The notes under the pieces are model-generated. The model had not been told where the DNA came from, did not search any database, and saw nothing but the letters and a program-made list of their open reading frames with translations. This document shows positions 50,382 to 60,834 of a DNA stretch of 64,000 nt, piece after piece (position 1 is the stretch's first letter; every line of letters starts with the position of its first letter). Position numbers and translations under genes: made by a program. Source of the stretch: a bacterium (GTDB lineage Bacteria; SAR324; NAC60-12); the NCBI GenBank assembly GCA_965205865.1, contig CBDBHR010000027.1, forward strand, positions 64,001 through 128,000, given 5' to 3'.

Positions 50382-51533
50382 GTGTATTGCCTGTTTAATA
50401 CATTGTATTATTGGTCATTTGGTAGACAGGTTTGAGTTTGTTGATAATTTCTTCGGCAGTTTTAGTCCAGACATAGGGTTTTGGGTTGCGATTGTGTGTC
50501 TCGATGTAACTATGGATGGCTTCGGTCAACTCGAGCACGCTTTTGAAGGCGCCTCGTCGAATCCGTTCTGCAGTGATCTTGCCAAAAAAGCGTTCCACCA
50601 TGTTCAGCCATGAGGAGGAAGTAGGAATGAAATGCGGGTGAAATCGCGGGTGTTTTTTGAGCCATTCTTTCACCTTAAGATGTTTGTGGGTGGCGTAATT
50701 GTCCAAGGTAGTCTTGTCAATAAGACGCAGGAAGCGCAGATACTCTTGGTGTCGGTGCCGTTTTTCACAGCGAGCGAGCACTTCCCCTGTCTGCGTATTC
50801 AAAGCAGTAAACAGACAGCAGGTGCCATGACGGATATAATCATGAGTTCTGGTGCCATTGCGCCCTGGTTTCAGTGGCAGACCTGGCTGGGTGCGATCGA
50901 GTGCCTGGATTTGTGATTTCTCATCGACGCTCAAGACCAGCGCTTTCTCAGGAGGATTCATGTACAAACCGATGACATCTTTCAGTTTCGCAGTGAAATG
51001 CTTATCATGCGACAACTTAAATGTTTTTTCCAGATGAGGCTTGAGGCGATGGGCCTTCCATACTTTACCGACGGTTGTCTTGCCTACGCCAACTGCCTTG
51101 GCCATCGATCGCGTGCTCCAATGGGTACGGTCCTCAGGCTTCTCTTCAATGGTTTTCTTCACAATCTCCTCGATTTTATCCGCTCCATAAATGCGTGTCC
51201 TGCCAGGCCGCGGATCATCATTGAGACCTGTTATTCCTTTTTCAACAAAGCGCCGTCGCCACTTTCCAACGGCATTACCGCTGGTTCCAAGCGTTTTGGC
51301 AATTTCTTGATTCTTAAGGCCATCAGCAGCCAACAGGATGATGCGCGCACGACGAGTGTCTCGCATCGCTCCGGTATGACGGCGTGCGGTTTTGCCCAAT
51401 TCATCCCGTTCTTCCCGGGTCAGTTTTATACTTGGTGCTTTTCTCATGCTGTCTCCATATATGCAAAAAAAAGGACAGCTCGTAGTATAGCAAACCAAGG
51501 ATTTTTTTACACATTAATAAAAGAGCGACACAC
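50382..51533 (-). mobile_element. IS630-family insertion sequence, TA duplication
   Basis: Ends GTGTATTGC.../...GCGACACAC, flanked by TA inside a CTAG target. Confidence 0.92.
50395..51447 (-). CDS. IS630 transposase (short in-frame deletion before the second Asp)
   Basis: SVDEKSQIQALDR, YIRHGT, LDNYATHK, SSWLNMVERFF. Confidence 0.9.
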   Translation of the reverse strand: MRKAPSIKLTREERDELGKTARRHTGAMRDTRRARIILLAADGLKNQEIAKTLGTSGNAVGKWRRRFVEKGITGLNDDPRPGRTRIYGADKIEEIVKKTIEEKPEDRTHWSTRSMAKAVGVGKTTVGKVWKAHRLKPHLEKTFKLSHDKHFTAKLKDVIGLYMNPPEKALVLSVDEKSQIQALDRTQPGLPLKPGRNGTRTHDYIRHGTCCLFTALNTQTGEVLARCEKRHRHQEYLRFLRLIDKTTLDNYATHKHLKVKEWLKKHPRFHPHFIPTSSSWLNMVERFFGKITAERIRRGAFKSVLELTEAIHSYIETHNRNPKPYVWTKTAEEIINKLKPVYQMTNNTMY

Positions 51534-52158
51534 TAGTCTGAATGCACATTACAAAGGTGCCACCTTTAACCGTGGGCAAGTGGATGATCCCCAATATAAT
51601 GCCATCTTTGAGGCGATGAAAGCCGCGACCACCGTGGAGGAACTGGGGAAGTACTCCAAAGAGGCCAATCTGCGTATCGTTGAGCAGCACTGGCAGCTCT
51701 GGGGGCCTGTCGAACCCTCGTATAACTTCGCCCAACCCTGGGTCAAAGGCTACAACGGAGAATTCTATATGGGCGTCTGGAACAAAAATGCCGCCTACGT
51801 CCGCTTCTGGATTGACCAGGATCTGAAGAAGAAAATGGGATTTTAGATCCTCCTTCTCATTTTCCCCCTCTTCCACCAGGGGAGAGGGGACTTTCTCACC
51901 ATAAAATATCAATAATTATTGCTCACAGTATATGAGCTTCCAAGCGACAGGCAGTAAGAAAAAAAGAGATTTTCTCTCACGAGTGGTCCGACATTCCCAC
52001 TCCTTAGTTGTCGTGGAATGCCGCTTCGTCTGACTGGCTGGGTCTTAGCAGACGGAGAACTCATTCGGACAGCCAGCCCCAAAATGTGTCAGTCTTCGCT
52101 CGATACGCTAACAGTGAATTAGACTGCATGCAGGAATATTGGAAAAGACTGCAGGAAG

Positions 52159-52238
52159 GGGGTCAGGCCTTTGATTAGATGAAAAGGGAGCAAAAAAACC
52201 AGACTCGTTCCTAATCAAATAATCAAAGGCCTGACCCC
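52159..52238. repeat. Perfect 19-bp inverted repeat GGGGTCAGGCCTTTGATTA, 42-bp loop
   Basis: Arms at 52159-52177 and 52220-52238. Confidence 0.9.
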
Positions 52239-52350
52239 ATTAAAAAAGAAACGAGGACACCCCAAACAGGAGATAAGCAGGAAAGTCAGTTTGTCAAGTC
52301 CTTTCAATCAGTTAGGCCTGATTCGAGATAGATTCAGTGGGACACACCCG

Positions 52351-52854
52351 AAAAAACGCTGGACTGTGGAGCGAACATTCGCTTTTTGGCTCATGCCGAA
52401 GATGGACCGCAATATATCTTTTATAGCGGACCTCCATTGTTGCGCAATTCTCCTGATCCAAACTTGCTATAGGCTTTGCGCCGCGTAGTAGTGCTGAAAT
52501 CATGCCTTGTTGTTTCAGGGAAGGAGAGGATTTCCGCTCGTTTGATTCAAAATTGGCTGTGGGAGGGTTCCCGCTCGATCGATTGAACAATACCCCGGGA
52601 GGATGTGAAAACGATGGATTCTTCCCGGGAATCTTTTTTCAACGTTATTGAACTGAACGGCTTCTGACTGTCCCCGGATTTGAGCAGATTTATTGATTTT
52701 TTTTTTTGCGAATCCCGAATTTATTTTGCCTCAGGGGGTTGACATTGCATTTCATTGTGTTATAAACATGCCTTCGTTAAGTTGTGTTAATAAAAGAGAG
52801 GGTTTCCGATCGATTGAACAATATCGTGAGAGCACTTGAAAACGATCGATCCTC
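52351..52854 (+). repeat. SBP upstream module, copy 2, with a promoter candidate TTGACA-16 bp-TATAAA (52739-52766)
   Basis: Aligns with the reverse complement of 5111-5634. Confidence 0.85.
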
Positions 52855-53091
52855 CCCGGGAATCTTTTTTAATGATATTTAACTAAAAGGGTTTTTCAGA
52901 GACCTGAATAGTTGCGCTCTATCATAAGAAAGGTCATCATGAATATTAAACAATTCCTGGCCCCTATCTTGGGGCTAAACGTGGCAGGCATCGTGTCTGT
53001 TGCGAAAAAGTTTGTCCTCGCGAAAGCGGGGGTCCGATTCGCTCAATGGTATAGCGAATCTTCTTATTTCAGTTCAAGTGTAGGAGGAATC

Positions 53092-54864
53092 ATGGAAAAA
53101 AGTAAAACAAGAAAAATCCAATCATTGTTGTTAACCCTCATCCTGATGGTGGCTGCCTGCTGGGTCGTCCCGTCAGCCGCAATCGCGCAAGAGATGGTCA
53201 AAGACCCCGCAACCGGTGAAATGGTGCAGGCCCCACGATATGGCGGGACATTCACCCTTTCCGGGAAGTTCGAGCCGCCGCATACTGACATCTGGTTCGG
53301 GAGTGCTTCGTCGGCAGTACCTCTCAGTGCTGTTCTGGACAGGCTGGGTGTCGCAGACTGGGCAGTCGATCAGAATATATGGGACCACACATCTGACGTC
53401 TCGGCGGCCGCTCCCCTAAGAGGGCAACTGGCCGAAAGCTGGGAGACGCCCGACGCCACTACGATCATCTTCCACATTCGCCAAGGCGTGCACTGGCATA
53501 ATAAGGCACCGATGAATGGGAGAGAATTGACGGTCAAGGACGTCGAATTTCACTTTCACCGTCTCTTGGGTCTGGGTAGCGGTTTCACCGAAACGATGCA
53601 AGGCGCCGGCGATTTTGTCGATTTGCCCTGGAATTCGGTAACGGCCACCGACGATGGGACAGTTGTTTTTAAGCTGAAGCAGCCAAACCTCGATGCGCTC
53701 TCTAAGCTATTAAGCCACTGGGTAACAAGCGTAATGCCCCCCGAGGTCATCAAAGAACACGGCGACGTGAAGAATTGGAGGAACCTGGTGGGCACCGGGC
53801 CCTTCGAGATGAAGGACTGGGTCGAGGGCAGCTCTCTGCACTATACCAAGAATCCGGACTACTGGGGCCACGACGAAAAATACCCGGAAAACCGCCTGCC
53901 CTATGTGGACGAGGTGATTGTCAGGATCTTCCCGGATGAAGCAACAATTTTAGCGGCGCTGCGCTCCCGTAAGATTGATTATACGGGTGTGTACGAACAA
54001 GGGGCAATAGCGTCGCGCGACCAGATAGATAGTCTCCAAAAGACCAACCCCGAATTGGTGATGTCCCATTGGTATAATCGGTCGGAGACGTCTTTTGGTC
54101 TGAACCTGAAAATGCCGCCCTTTGATGACATCCGGGTGCGCCGGGCCATGCAGATGGCCCTGGACCTGGAGACCATCAACAATACCTACTATAAGGGGAC
54201 GGCGAAGCATACCCCGATGGGGTGGCAGAGAACCCCGGGGAGTTTCATCCCCTTTGCAGAGTGGCCCGAAGAGATCAAACAATACCATCAGTATGACCCC
54301 GAAGGGGCGAAGAAGCTGCTGGCTGAAGCGGGCTATCCCAATGGTTTCAAGACCGTCTACCACCACTACACCCCCTTCGATTTGAACTACTATGAAATAG
54401 CCAATCAATACTTCAGAGAGATTGGCGTTGAGGTAAAGACAAGGCTCGTCGACCGATCCGGTCTGTTCGGTTTAATCAGAAGTGGTGATTATGAAGGGAT
54501 GGTCACGGCGATTCAGGGCGTTGCCTGGGGCAATATGAACCCCATATCAATGAATCACTCATCGAGGGCTGGGTCCGATTGCTGCAACTACGGCGGAACT
54601 GCGGATCCGGATTATGATGCCATCGTTGATGCCGCTGCAGCCGCAAACACCTTTGAGGAGCAGCAGAGGCTGACGAGAGAGGCAGATTGGTACGGGATCG
54701 AAAGTGCGTGGCTTATCTGGGGTCCTATCAGCCCATCGTTTGTCGTGGTCCAGCCTTGGCTCAAAGGGTTTAACGGGGAAAATCAGTTGGGGGTGATCGA
54801 CTATCACCGGGTGCACGCCCGCATCTGGATTGATCAGGAGCTGAAGCAAGAAATGGGGCATTAG
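53092..54864 (+). CDS. ABC substrate-binding protein family 5 (SBP4), intact
   Basis: GGAGG RBS, signal peptide, PRYGGTF, VGTGPF, WIDQELKQEMGH. The frame stays open upstream to 52912. Confidence 0.92.
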   Translation: MEKSKTRKIQSLLLTLILMVAACWVVPSAAIAQEMVKDPATGEMVQAPRYGGTFTLSGKFEPPHTDIWFGSASSAVPLSAVLDRLGVADWAVDQNIWDHTSDVSAAAPLRGQLAESWETPDATTIIFHIRQGVHWHNKAPMNGRELTVKDVEFHFHRLLGLGSGFTETMQGAGDFVDLPWNSVTATDDGTVVFKLKQPNLDALSKLLSHWVTSVMPPEVIKEHGDVKNWRNLVGTGPFEMKDWVEGSSLHYTKNPDYWGHDEKYPENRLPYVDEVIVRIFPDEATILAALRSRKIDYTGVYEQGAIASRDQIDSLQKTNPELVMSHWYNRSETSFGLNLKMPPFDDIRVRRAMQMALDLETINNTYYKGTAKHTPMGWQRTPGSFIPFAEWPEEIKQYHQYDPEGAKKLLAEAGYPNGFKTVYHHYTPFDLNYYEIANQYFREIGVEVKTRLVDRSGLFGLIRSGDYEGMVTAIQGVAWGNMNPISMNHSSRAGSDCCNYGGTADPDYDAIVDAAAAANTFEEQQRLTREADWYGIESAWLIWGPISPSFVVVQPWLKGFNGENQLGVIDYHRVHARIWIDQELKQEMGH

Positions 54865-54897
54865 TACAGGTGTCACGAAGAAATTGAACTTCTTTGC

Positions 54898-54972
54898 GTC
54901 TTCCCGGACTTGATCCGGGATCCAGGAGTTTATGGGTAGGTCCCCTGGATTCCCGGGCAGGCCTGGAATGAC
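54898..54972. repeat. REP-like double hairpin downstream of SBP4
   Basis: GTCTTCCCGGACTTGATCCGGGATCC ... GGATTCCCGGGCAGGCCTGGAATGAC. Confidence 0.7.
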
Positions 54973-55022
54973 GCATCCAACTAAATATCCGCTCCTTTAA
55001 TTTGGGTCATTGATCATGATAA

Positions 55023-55180
55023 GGAATGAAATTTAAATAAGTTAGAAGTATGGATACGCAAAATTAGGGGACACGTATCAGCAGGCATAAAACAGTAGAG
55101 TTGGGATGCGCAGCGGTGTACATGTCCCCCAATTTTGCTCACACCATTGGAAGAATTACAGGTTATTTAAGGTTTGTTCC
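55023..55180. mobile_element. 158-bp MITE, copy 2 (inverted), TAA duplication
   Basis: Reverse complement of 45044-45201. Confidence 0.85.
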
Positions 55181-55436
55181 TAAGTTAAATCGTTTCCATG
55201 TTGACGTGGGAACAACAATATTGGCCGCTTTGCAGTTTATAGGCCGTGAAGCGGTCGAGTTTGTATTCCAACAAAAAGCCCTGGAAATTCGGGGACAGTT
55301 AAAAATATTTATCTTTAGGTCTCCCTGGTTTCCTGGTTCTCGATTCTTATTTGGTGATGGCTTCCGCGTTTCTTAAAATACGCTCATCTGCCAAAGAGCG
55401 ATCACTCAGAATATGCTCTCGAAATCTTTCTAAATA

Positions 55437-55652
55437 ACTTGAGATCGACATAAATCTTCAATAATATGAGTATCCTAGTGTATATGTCATCCTCACGAAA
55501 CTTGTCCCCGCGAAAGCGGAGAGCGGGGATCCGGATTTCAGTCTGGCTGCATACCTCTGGATTCCTGCTTTCGCAGGAATGACAAGGTTTCTCTAAGATA
55601 TGAAGATTCCATAACATATGGAATTTATTAAATTCTTATCTCGAACTCAGGT
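55437..55652 (+). mobile_element. ACCTGAGTTCG-family MITE, 216 bp
   Basis: TIRs (left slightly degenerate); flanking direct repeat TAAATA. Confidence 0.9.
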
Positions 55653-55699
55653 TAAATAACATTTCCCGTATCGTTCTGAGATGGGGTGACTCTGCCGTT

Positions 55700-58123
55700 C
55701 TATTTTCTCCGGTCCAGCAAGATCATCATGGCGGGTGCGATTAGAAAATCCGCCAGCAAGGCCAAGAGGATGGTCATTGCGGTCAGCCATCCGAAGTAGA
55801 AGAGATTTTTCATCGGAGAGAACATAAACAAGCCAAATCCGCAGGACAAAACCAGCGTGGTCAGCAACATCGCCCTTCCGGCTGTCTGTAAAGTAAGATG
55901 AACAGCTTCCGTGGGAGAACCGGTTTCTTCGAGGTAGCGGCGATAATTGTGCATGAAGTGGATGGTGTCATCGACCACCAGACCAATGGCGATGCTGCCA
56001 ATCAGCATGGAAAACATGTCCATCGGAATCTGCAACCACCCCATCATGCCAAGGGTAAAAAGAATGGGGAACAGGTTGGGAAACATGCTGAGCAGTCCCA
56101 TTTTCCAACTGTGGAGCAACAGTATCATCAACAATGAAATCAAAATTCCGGCAATTATGTAGCTGATAAGCGTACTGCGCATCATCAAATCAATGGAAGT
56201 CGTCAACAAGTAAAGCAATCCGGTTGTGGTAACCACGACTTGGGGACCGAATTCTTTGGCAAAGCGGGCCTCCATGTCAGCGACAAATTTCACATAATAA
56301 GCCGCATTGTCCCATGGTACCTTCAATGAAAATCGAGCTGTACGAAACTGGCTATCGACGACGTCCTGCAGCGCATCACTTCCGCTGTTTTCGAAAAGAA
56401 GAAATTCTTGGGCAATCAGTTGGGGATCATCAGGGATGGCGTAATAGTCGTCCTGGTTGTTGCGCAACGCCTTATTGATTTCTTTGAGGACGTGCGACAG
56501 CGTGATCACGCTGCCGACAAAACTTTCTTCGTTTTCACGTTGATACGACCTGGCATACTCAGCCATGGCGTCCAAGTGATTGAGCAAGTCGGGGTCGTGA
56601 AATCCGTTTTCCTTGCCGGAATCGATTAAAAACTCCAACATGATCGATCCTTGCATGCGTTGATCGATCCAGTCACTGGCGATACGCACCGGATCCTCGA
56701 GAGCAAACCAAGTCACCGGATTGTGGGCAAATCGAATCTGGGGGATACCTGTGATGAAAAAAAGCGTCATCCCGATGCTCACCAGAAGAATTTTAATGGG
56801 ATGCCGGCTGGAAAATTCAGCAAACCCCCTCAACAAGCGATCAATGAATCCCCGGGACTGGTTGTGGTGACCAGATTTGTTTTCTTTGATGGGGACCAGG
56901 GCAATCAAGGTGGGCAGGAAGAGCAAGGTGACGAGCAAACAAAGCATTACCCCTGCCCCGGCAAAAATACCAAGATCGGCAACCGGGGCGACTTCCGCCC
57001 TGGCAAATGACCATAAACCGACCGCCGTGGTCAGGCTGGTCATTACGACGGGCAGGGCGGAATGCGACATTGCCGCCACCATCGCCTCTTCTTTACCGCG
57101 CCCTTTTCTGATTTCCACAAAGAACAAGGCGAGGATGTGCACGGATGCTCCGATTCCCACGGCAAGCAGAAAAGAAGGAAGGATCTGGCTTGGCAGTTTG
57201 ATCGCCTTGTCGAAAATACTCATCAAACTCAAGGTACTGACCAGAGAGCAAATGACGATGAGAAGGGGGAGAACCGTTCCTGAAATATGGCGCAGCAGCA
57301 AAAAAAGAAAGATTGCGATACTGAGGATGGCCAAGGTCATGAACCGTTGTAAGTTTCTTATTAAATTGCGCTTGAGGTTGTCAATGACAATCGGTGAGCC
57401 GGCCAATAGAATTTGAAAATCATCGCCTTCATATCGATGAATGATGTCTTTCACCACCTGCAATAGATGGTGGATCTGTTCATCCGTAAGCAGTTGCGAG
57501 TCCTCACCGCTATGATCCGTCTCGACAGAATCGCTCACCGGACCGGTTTCATCGGAAATGAGAAAGCCCTCCTCTTCATCCGTGGCTTGATAAAGACTGG
57601 TTCTCAAGGTCATGGTGGTCACGGTTCCATCTTCGGAAATCAGCAAATTTTTATAGATCCTGTTCGACATCACCCGTTCTCGGACCCTGCTGAACTCTTC
57701 CTCGCTTCCGGGAAACTCTTCCAGCAAATCCTCCACAATCAATTCGTCCGCTTCTCCATAAGTGGACCGGGCATTGAGCAAGCTGGTTATTTCTTCCAGA
57801 AAAGGCACATGCTCTTCAAGCTCTTCATGTAGATTTCTGAGGCGAGTGAGGAAGGATTCGGAAAATATTTGCTCGGATTCGATAGCCAGCAGGATCACCT
57901 CGTCGCGGCCAAAGTCCTCGCGAAATTGTTCATAGGCTTGCAATACCGGATCATTCTGGTGGAAAAATCCTTCCGTCGAGGTGTCGATCTTTATCTGGGG
58001 AAGTTGACTCCAGAGCATGGCAAACAAGACCATCCAAGCAGCCAGAATTGATTTGGGATGACGGAATTGGAAACGGGTCAATACGGCAAAGAATAATTCC
58101 AATCGTTTTCTGGAAATTTTCAT
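55700..58123 (-). CDS. MMPL/RND family transporter
   Basis: Two repeats; MTSLTTAVG and GLVVDDTIHF motifs. Confidence 0.9.
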   Translation of the reverse strand: MKISRKRLELFFAVLTRFQFRHPKSILAAWMVLFAMLWSQLPQIKIDTSTEGFFHQNDPVLQAYEQFREDFGRDEVILLAIESEQIFSESFLTRLRNLHEELEEHVPFLEEITSLLNARSTYGEADELIVEDLLEEFPGSEEEFSRVRERVMSNRIYKNLLISEDGTVTTMTLRTSLYQATDEEEGFLISDETGPVSDSVETDHSGEDSQLLTDEQIHHLLQVVKDIIHRYEGDDFQILLAGSPIVIDNLKRNLIRNLQRFMTLAILSIAIFLFLLLRHISGTVLPLLIVICSLVSTLSLMSIFDKAIKLPSQILPSFLLAVGIGASVHILALFFVEIRKGRGKEEAMVAAMSHSALPVVMTSLTTAVGLWSFARAEVAPVADLGIFAGAGVMLCLLVTLLFLPTLIALVPIKENKSGHHNQSRGFIDRLLRGFAEFSSRHPIKILLVSIGMTLFFITGIPQIRFAHNPVTWFALEDPVRIASDWIDQRMQGSIMLEFLIDSGKENGFHDPDLLNHLDAMAEYARSYQRENEESFVGSVITLSHVLKEINKALRNNQDDYYAIPDDPQLIAQEFLLFENSGSDALQDVVDSQFRTARFSLKVPWDNAAYYVKFVADMEARFAKEFGPQVVVTTTGLLYLLTTSIDLMMRSTLISYIIAGILISLLMILLLHSWKMGLLSMFPNLFPILFTLGMMGWLQIPMDMFSMLIGSIAIGLVVDDTIHFMHNYRRYLEETGSPTEAVHLTLQTAGRAMLLTTLVLSCGFGLFMFSPMKNLFYFGWLTAMTILLALLADFLIAPAMMILLDRRK

Positions 58124-58420
58124 ATCCCTTCCCCGCAGCTCCTCACGCCTGGCCCCTCCCTCGAAGAGAAGGAGATTCTCGGTTACACGGAAAAATGGAG
58201 TTCTTTGTCACTCCTCCCTGCGACACCTCACCCCCGGCCCCTCCGTCAAGGGGATGGGGATTCTCGGTTACATGATCTTACTCTAATGCGGATAGTGCAC
58301 CCACGATTTAATGTGGATAGCGCATCCACGAGGGGAGGGGGATTCTCTGTTGCATGATCTTACTCAATGCGAATTGCGCTTCCACGAGAGGAGCGGTATT
58401 CTCTGTTTAGCGGTTGCCAA

Positions 58421-60697
58421 TCATTCCGATCCATTGTGTTTATTCAACGAATCGAGAACTGCCACGGGAGACATGGGCAAATCCCGCATGCGCAGACCGG
58501 TTGCGTCATGAATGGCGTTGGCAATGGCAGCAAGCGGAGGGACAATGCCTACCTCACCGACGCCTCTGACTCCATAAGGATGCGAGGGGTTGGGCACTTC
58601 TACGATAACGGTATCGATCATGGGGAGATCCGAAGCGACTGGAATGCGGTAATCCAGGAAGCTTGGGTTTTCCATGTTTCCTTTTTCGTCAAGGATGTAC
58701 TCCTCGTTGAGCGCCCAACCTATGCCCTGCGCAACTCCTCCTTGCATCTGTCCTTCCACGTAGCTGGGATGAATGGCAGTACCGGCATCCTGCGCCGTGG
58801 TGTATCTCAAAATAGTCACCTTTCCCGTTTCAGGATCGACTTCGACGTCACACACTTGAGTGGAGAATGCGGGACCCACCCCCCTGCTGGCCTGCAGGGA
58901 TTTTGTCGCCGAGATTGGCCCTCCCGTCTGTTTTGCCACGGCAGTGATCTCGGCCAATGCCAACGGGGGTTCATTGCCGATTTTATGGTGAGCGCCGCCT
59001 TCGATCCATTCCACGTCCTCGACGTCGCAATCCCACATGATAGCAGCCCGTTCGCGCAATTGCTTAACGATAAGGCGACAGGCTTCCACCACCGCCATTC
59101 CCGTTGAGAAGGTAACCCGGCTGCCCCCGGTGACGTCGGTGTACCCGACGGACTCGGTGTCCGCAACCAGCGGTTGGATGGATTGGACGTCAATTCCCAA
59201 CTCCTCGGCAGCCATCAATGCCATCGAAACACGACTTCCCCCAATATCCGGACTGCCAGTTATTACGCTGGCAGTGCCATTTTCATTGAGATTGACGATT
59301 GCCGAGGAAGCTTCTCCTCCATTGGGCCAGAACCCACTTGCCACACCTCGTCCCTGGTTGGGGGCCAATGGGCTTTTGTAATGGGGATGATTACGAATGG
59401 CTTGCAGAGTTTCCTTGAATCCGATACGGGCGAATACCGGCCCGTCAGGTCGGCGGCAACCTTCTTCCACCGCATTGATCATACGCAATTCAATCGGATC
59501 GATTTTGAGCTCATGGGCGATCTCATCCAGGATAGAATCGGTGGCAAAGGCGCCCATGGGTGATGAGGGCGCGCGGTAAGCCATATTGACGGGTTTGTTG
59601 ACCACCACGTCGAATCCTTCGATCTTAAAGTTGGGAATATTGTAGGGAGTGAAGACGCACATGGCGCCCGCCCGCGCCCATGACCCGGGAAAGCCTCCAC
59701 TTTCATAGGCAAACCAGGCTTTGCCCGCAGTGATTTTTCCGTCTTTGCGCACTCCCAATTTGACCCGGAATTTGGTGGCGGGAGTTGGTCCGGTAGCCTG
59801 AAAGACTTCACTGCGACTCATCACCAGTTTCACCGGACGCTTTGTTTTTTCTGAAAGCTTCACTGCCAAAGGTTCGAGATAGATGGTGGTTTTCCCTCCG
59901 AATCCACCGCCAATTTCGGCTGGCGTCACTTTGATACGAGAGTTCTCCCAACCCAACATCCTCGCCGTTGCCGAACGTACCATGAAGTGTCCTTGCGACG
60001 AACACCATATATCTGAGCGGCCGTCTTTGCTGGTATCTGCTACGGCAGCATGCGGTTCAATGTAACCCTGGTGCACCACCTTGGTGGAGAATTCCCGTTC
60101 GATCACCAAATCCGCATCTGCAAATCCGGCCTCGAGATCTCCACGTTCATGCAAAGTTCGTTTGCTGACGTTTGACGCTTTGGTCGGCATGGGGTCGGCT
60201 CCTTCGGTTATCAAGTCGTCGTGAAGCAGGGGCGCGTTTTCCGCCATGGCTTCATCGATGTTGAGCACCGGAGGGAGTTGCTCGTATTCGACCACGATTT
60301 TCTCGACAGCCGCTTTGGCCTGGCGCCGGGTACGAGCCGCCACCGCAGCGAGCACCTGCCCTTCGTAAAGTACTTTGTCGCGTGCCATCAAATTGCGGGA
60401 GACATAGTCCTGGCGACCAGGTACCGGAAAGTCCTTTGCGGTGATGACTGCTTCCACCCCTGGCATGGCTTCAGCTGACGTTGTATCAATCGAGAGGATT
60501 CGCGCGTGGGCATAGGGGGATCGTAAGACCTGTCCTGTCAACATCCTGGGCAATATCAAGTCCGCGGCAAAACGAGCGCGACCGGTCACCTTGTCGAGCC
60601 CATCGTGGCGTACCGGGCGAGTTCCCACCCACTTGTAAGGGGTTTGCGAGGGGGAAACCCCTGCGGTTGCCATTTGTTCTTCATTTGCAATCGTCAT
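58421..60697 (-). CDS. Xanthine dehydrogenase family molybdopterin-binding subunit
   Basis: DKVTGRARF, IGGGFGGK, AYRAPS, VEGQMQGG, GVRGVGE. Confidence 0.92.
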   Translation of the reverse strand: MTIANEEQMATAGVSPSQTPYKWVGTRPVRHDGLDKVTGRARFAADLILPRMLTGQVLRSPYAHARILSIDTTSAEAMPGVEAVITAKDFPVPGRQDYVSRNLMARDKVLYEGQVLAAVAARTRRQAKAAVEKIVVEYEQLPPVLNIDEAMAENAPLLHDDLITEGADPMPTKASNVSKRTLHERGDLEAGFADADLVIEREFSTKVVHQGYIEPHAAVADTSKDGRSDIWCSSQGHFMVRSATARMLGWENSRIKVTPAEIGGGFGGKTTIYLEPLAVKLSEKTKRPVKLVMSRSEVFQATGPTPATKFRVKLGVRKDGKITAGKAWFAYESGGFPGSWARAGAMCVFTPYNIPNFKIEGFDVVVNKPVNMAYRAPSSPMGAFATDSILDEIAHELKIDPIELRMINAVEEGCRRPDGPVFARIGFKETLQAIRNHPHYKSPLAPNQGRGVASGFWPNGGEASSAIVNLNENGTASVITGSPDIGGSRVSMALMAAEELGIDVQSIQPLVADTESVGYTDVTGGSRVTFSTGMAVVEACRLIVKQLRERAAIMWDCDVEDVEWIEGGAHHKIGNEPPLALAEITAVAKQTGGPISATKSLQASRGVGPAFSTQVCDVEVDPETGKVTILRYTTAQDAGTAIHPSYVEGQMQGGVAQGIGWALNEEYILDEKGNMENPSFLDYRIPVASDLPMIDTVIVEVPNPSHPYGVRGVGEVGIVPPLAAIANAIHDATGLRMRDLPMSPVAVLDSLNKHNGSE

Positions 60698-60834
60698 TGT
60701 ATGTCTCCTTTTCTTTGAAAAATAAGCGAATTCTTGTCTTGAATTGATTCTGGTACAGTATCACGGAAATATGCAAAAATATTCACGATTCGACCTGCCA
60801 CTTATTTTTGCTCATCGAATCATCACTCCATTTT

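Larger units (their letters stand above)
48692..51846 (+). pseudogene. ABC substrate-binding protein family 5 (SBP3) interrupted by IS630
   Basis: PRYGGTL...; removing the IS and one TA restores HPLSSLNAHY...WIDQDLKKKMGF. Confidence 0.9.

Noticed and set aside
58421-60697. Aerobic CO dehydrogenase (coxL)
   Set aside because: Lacks the AYxCSFR motif and adjacent coxM/coxS.
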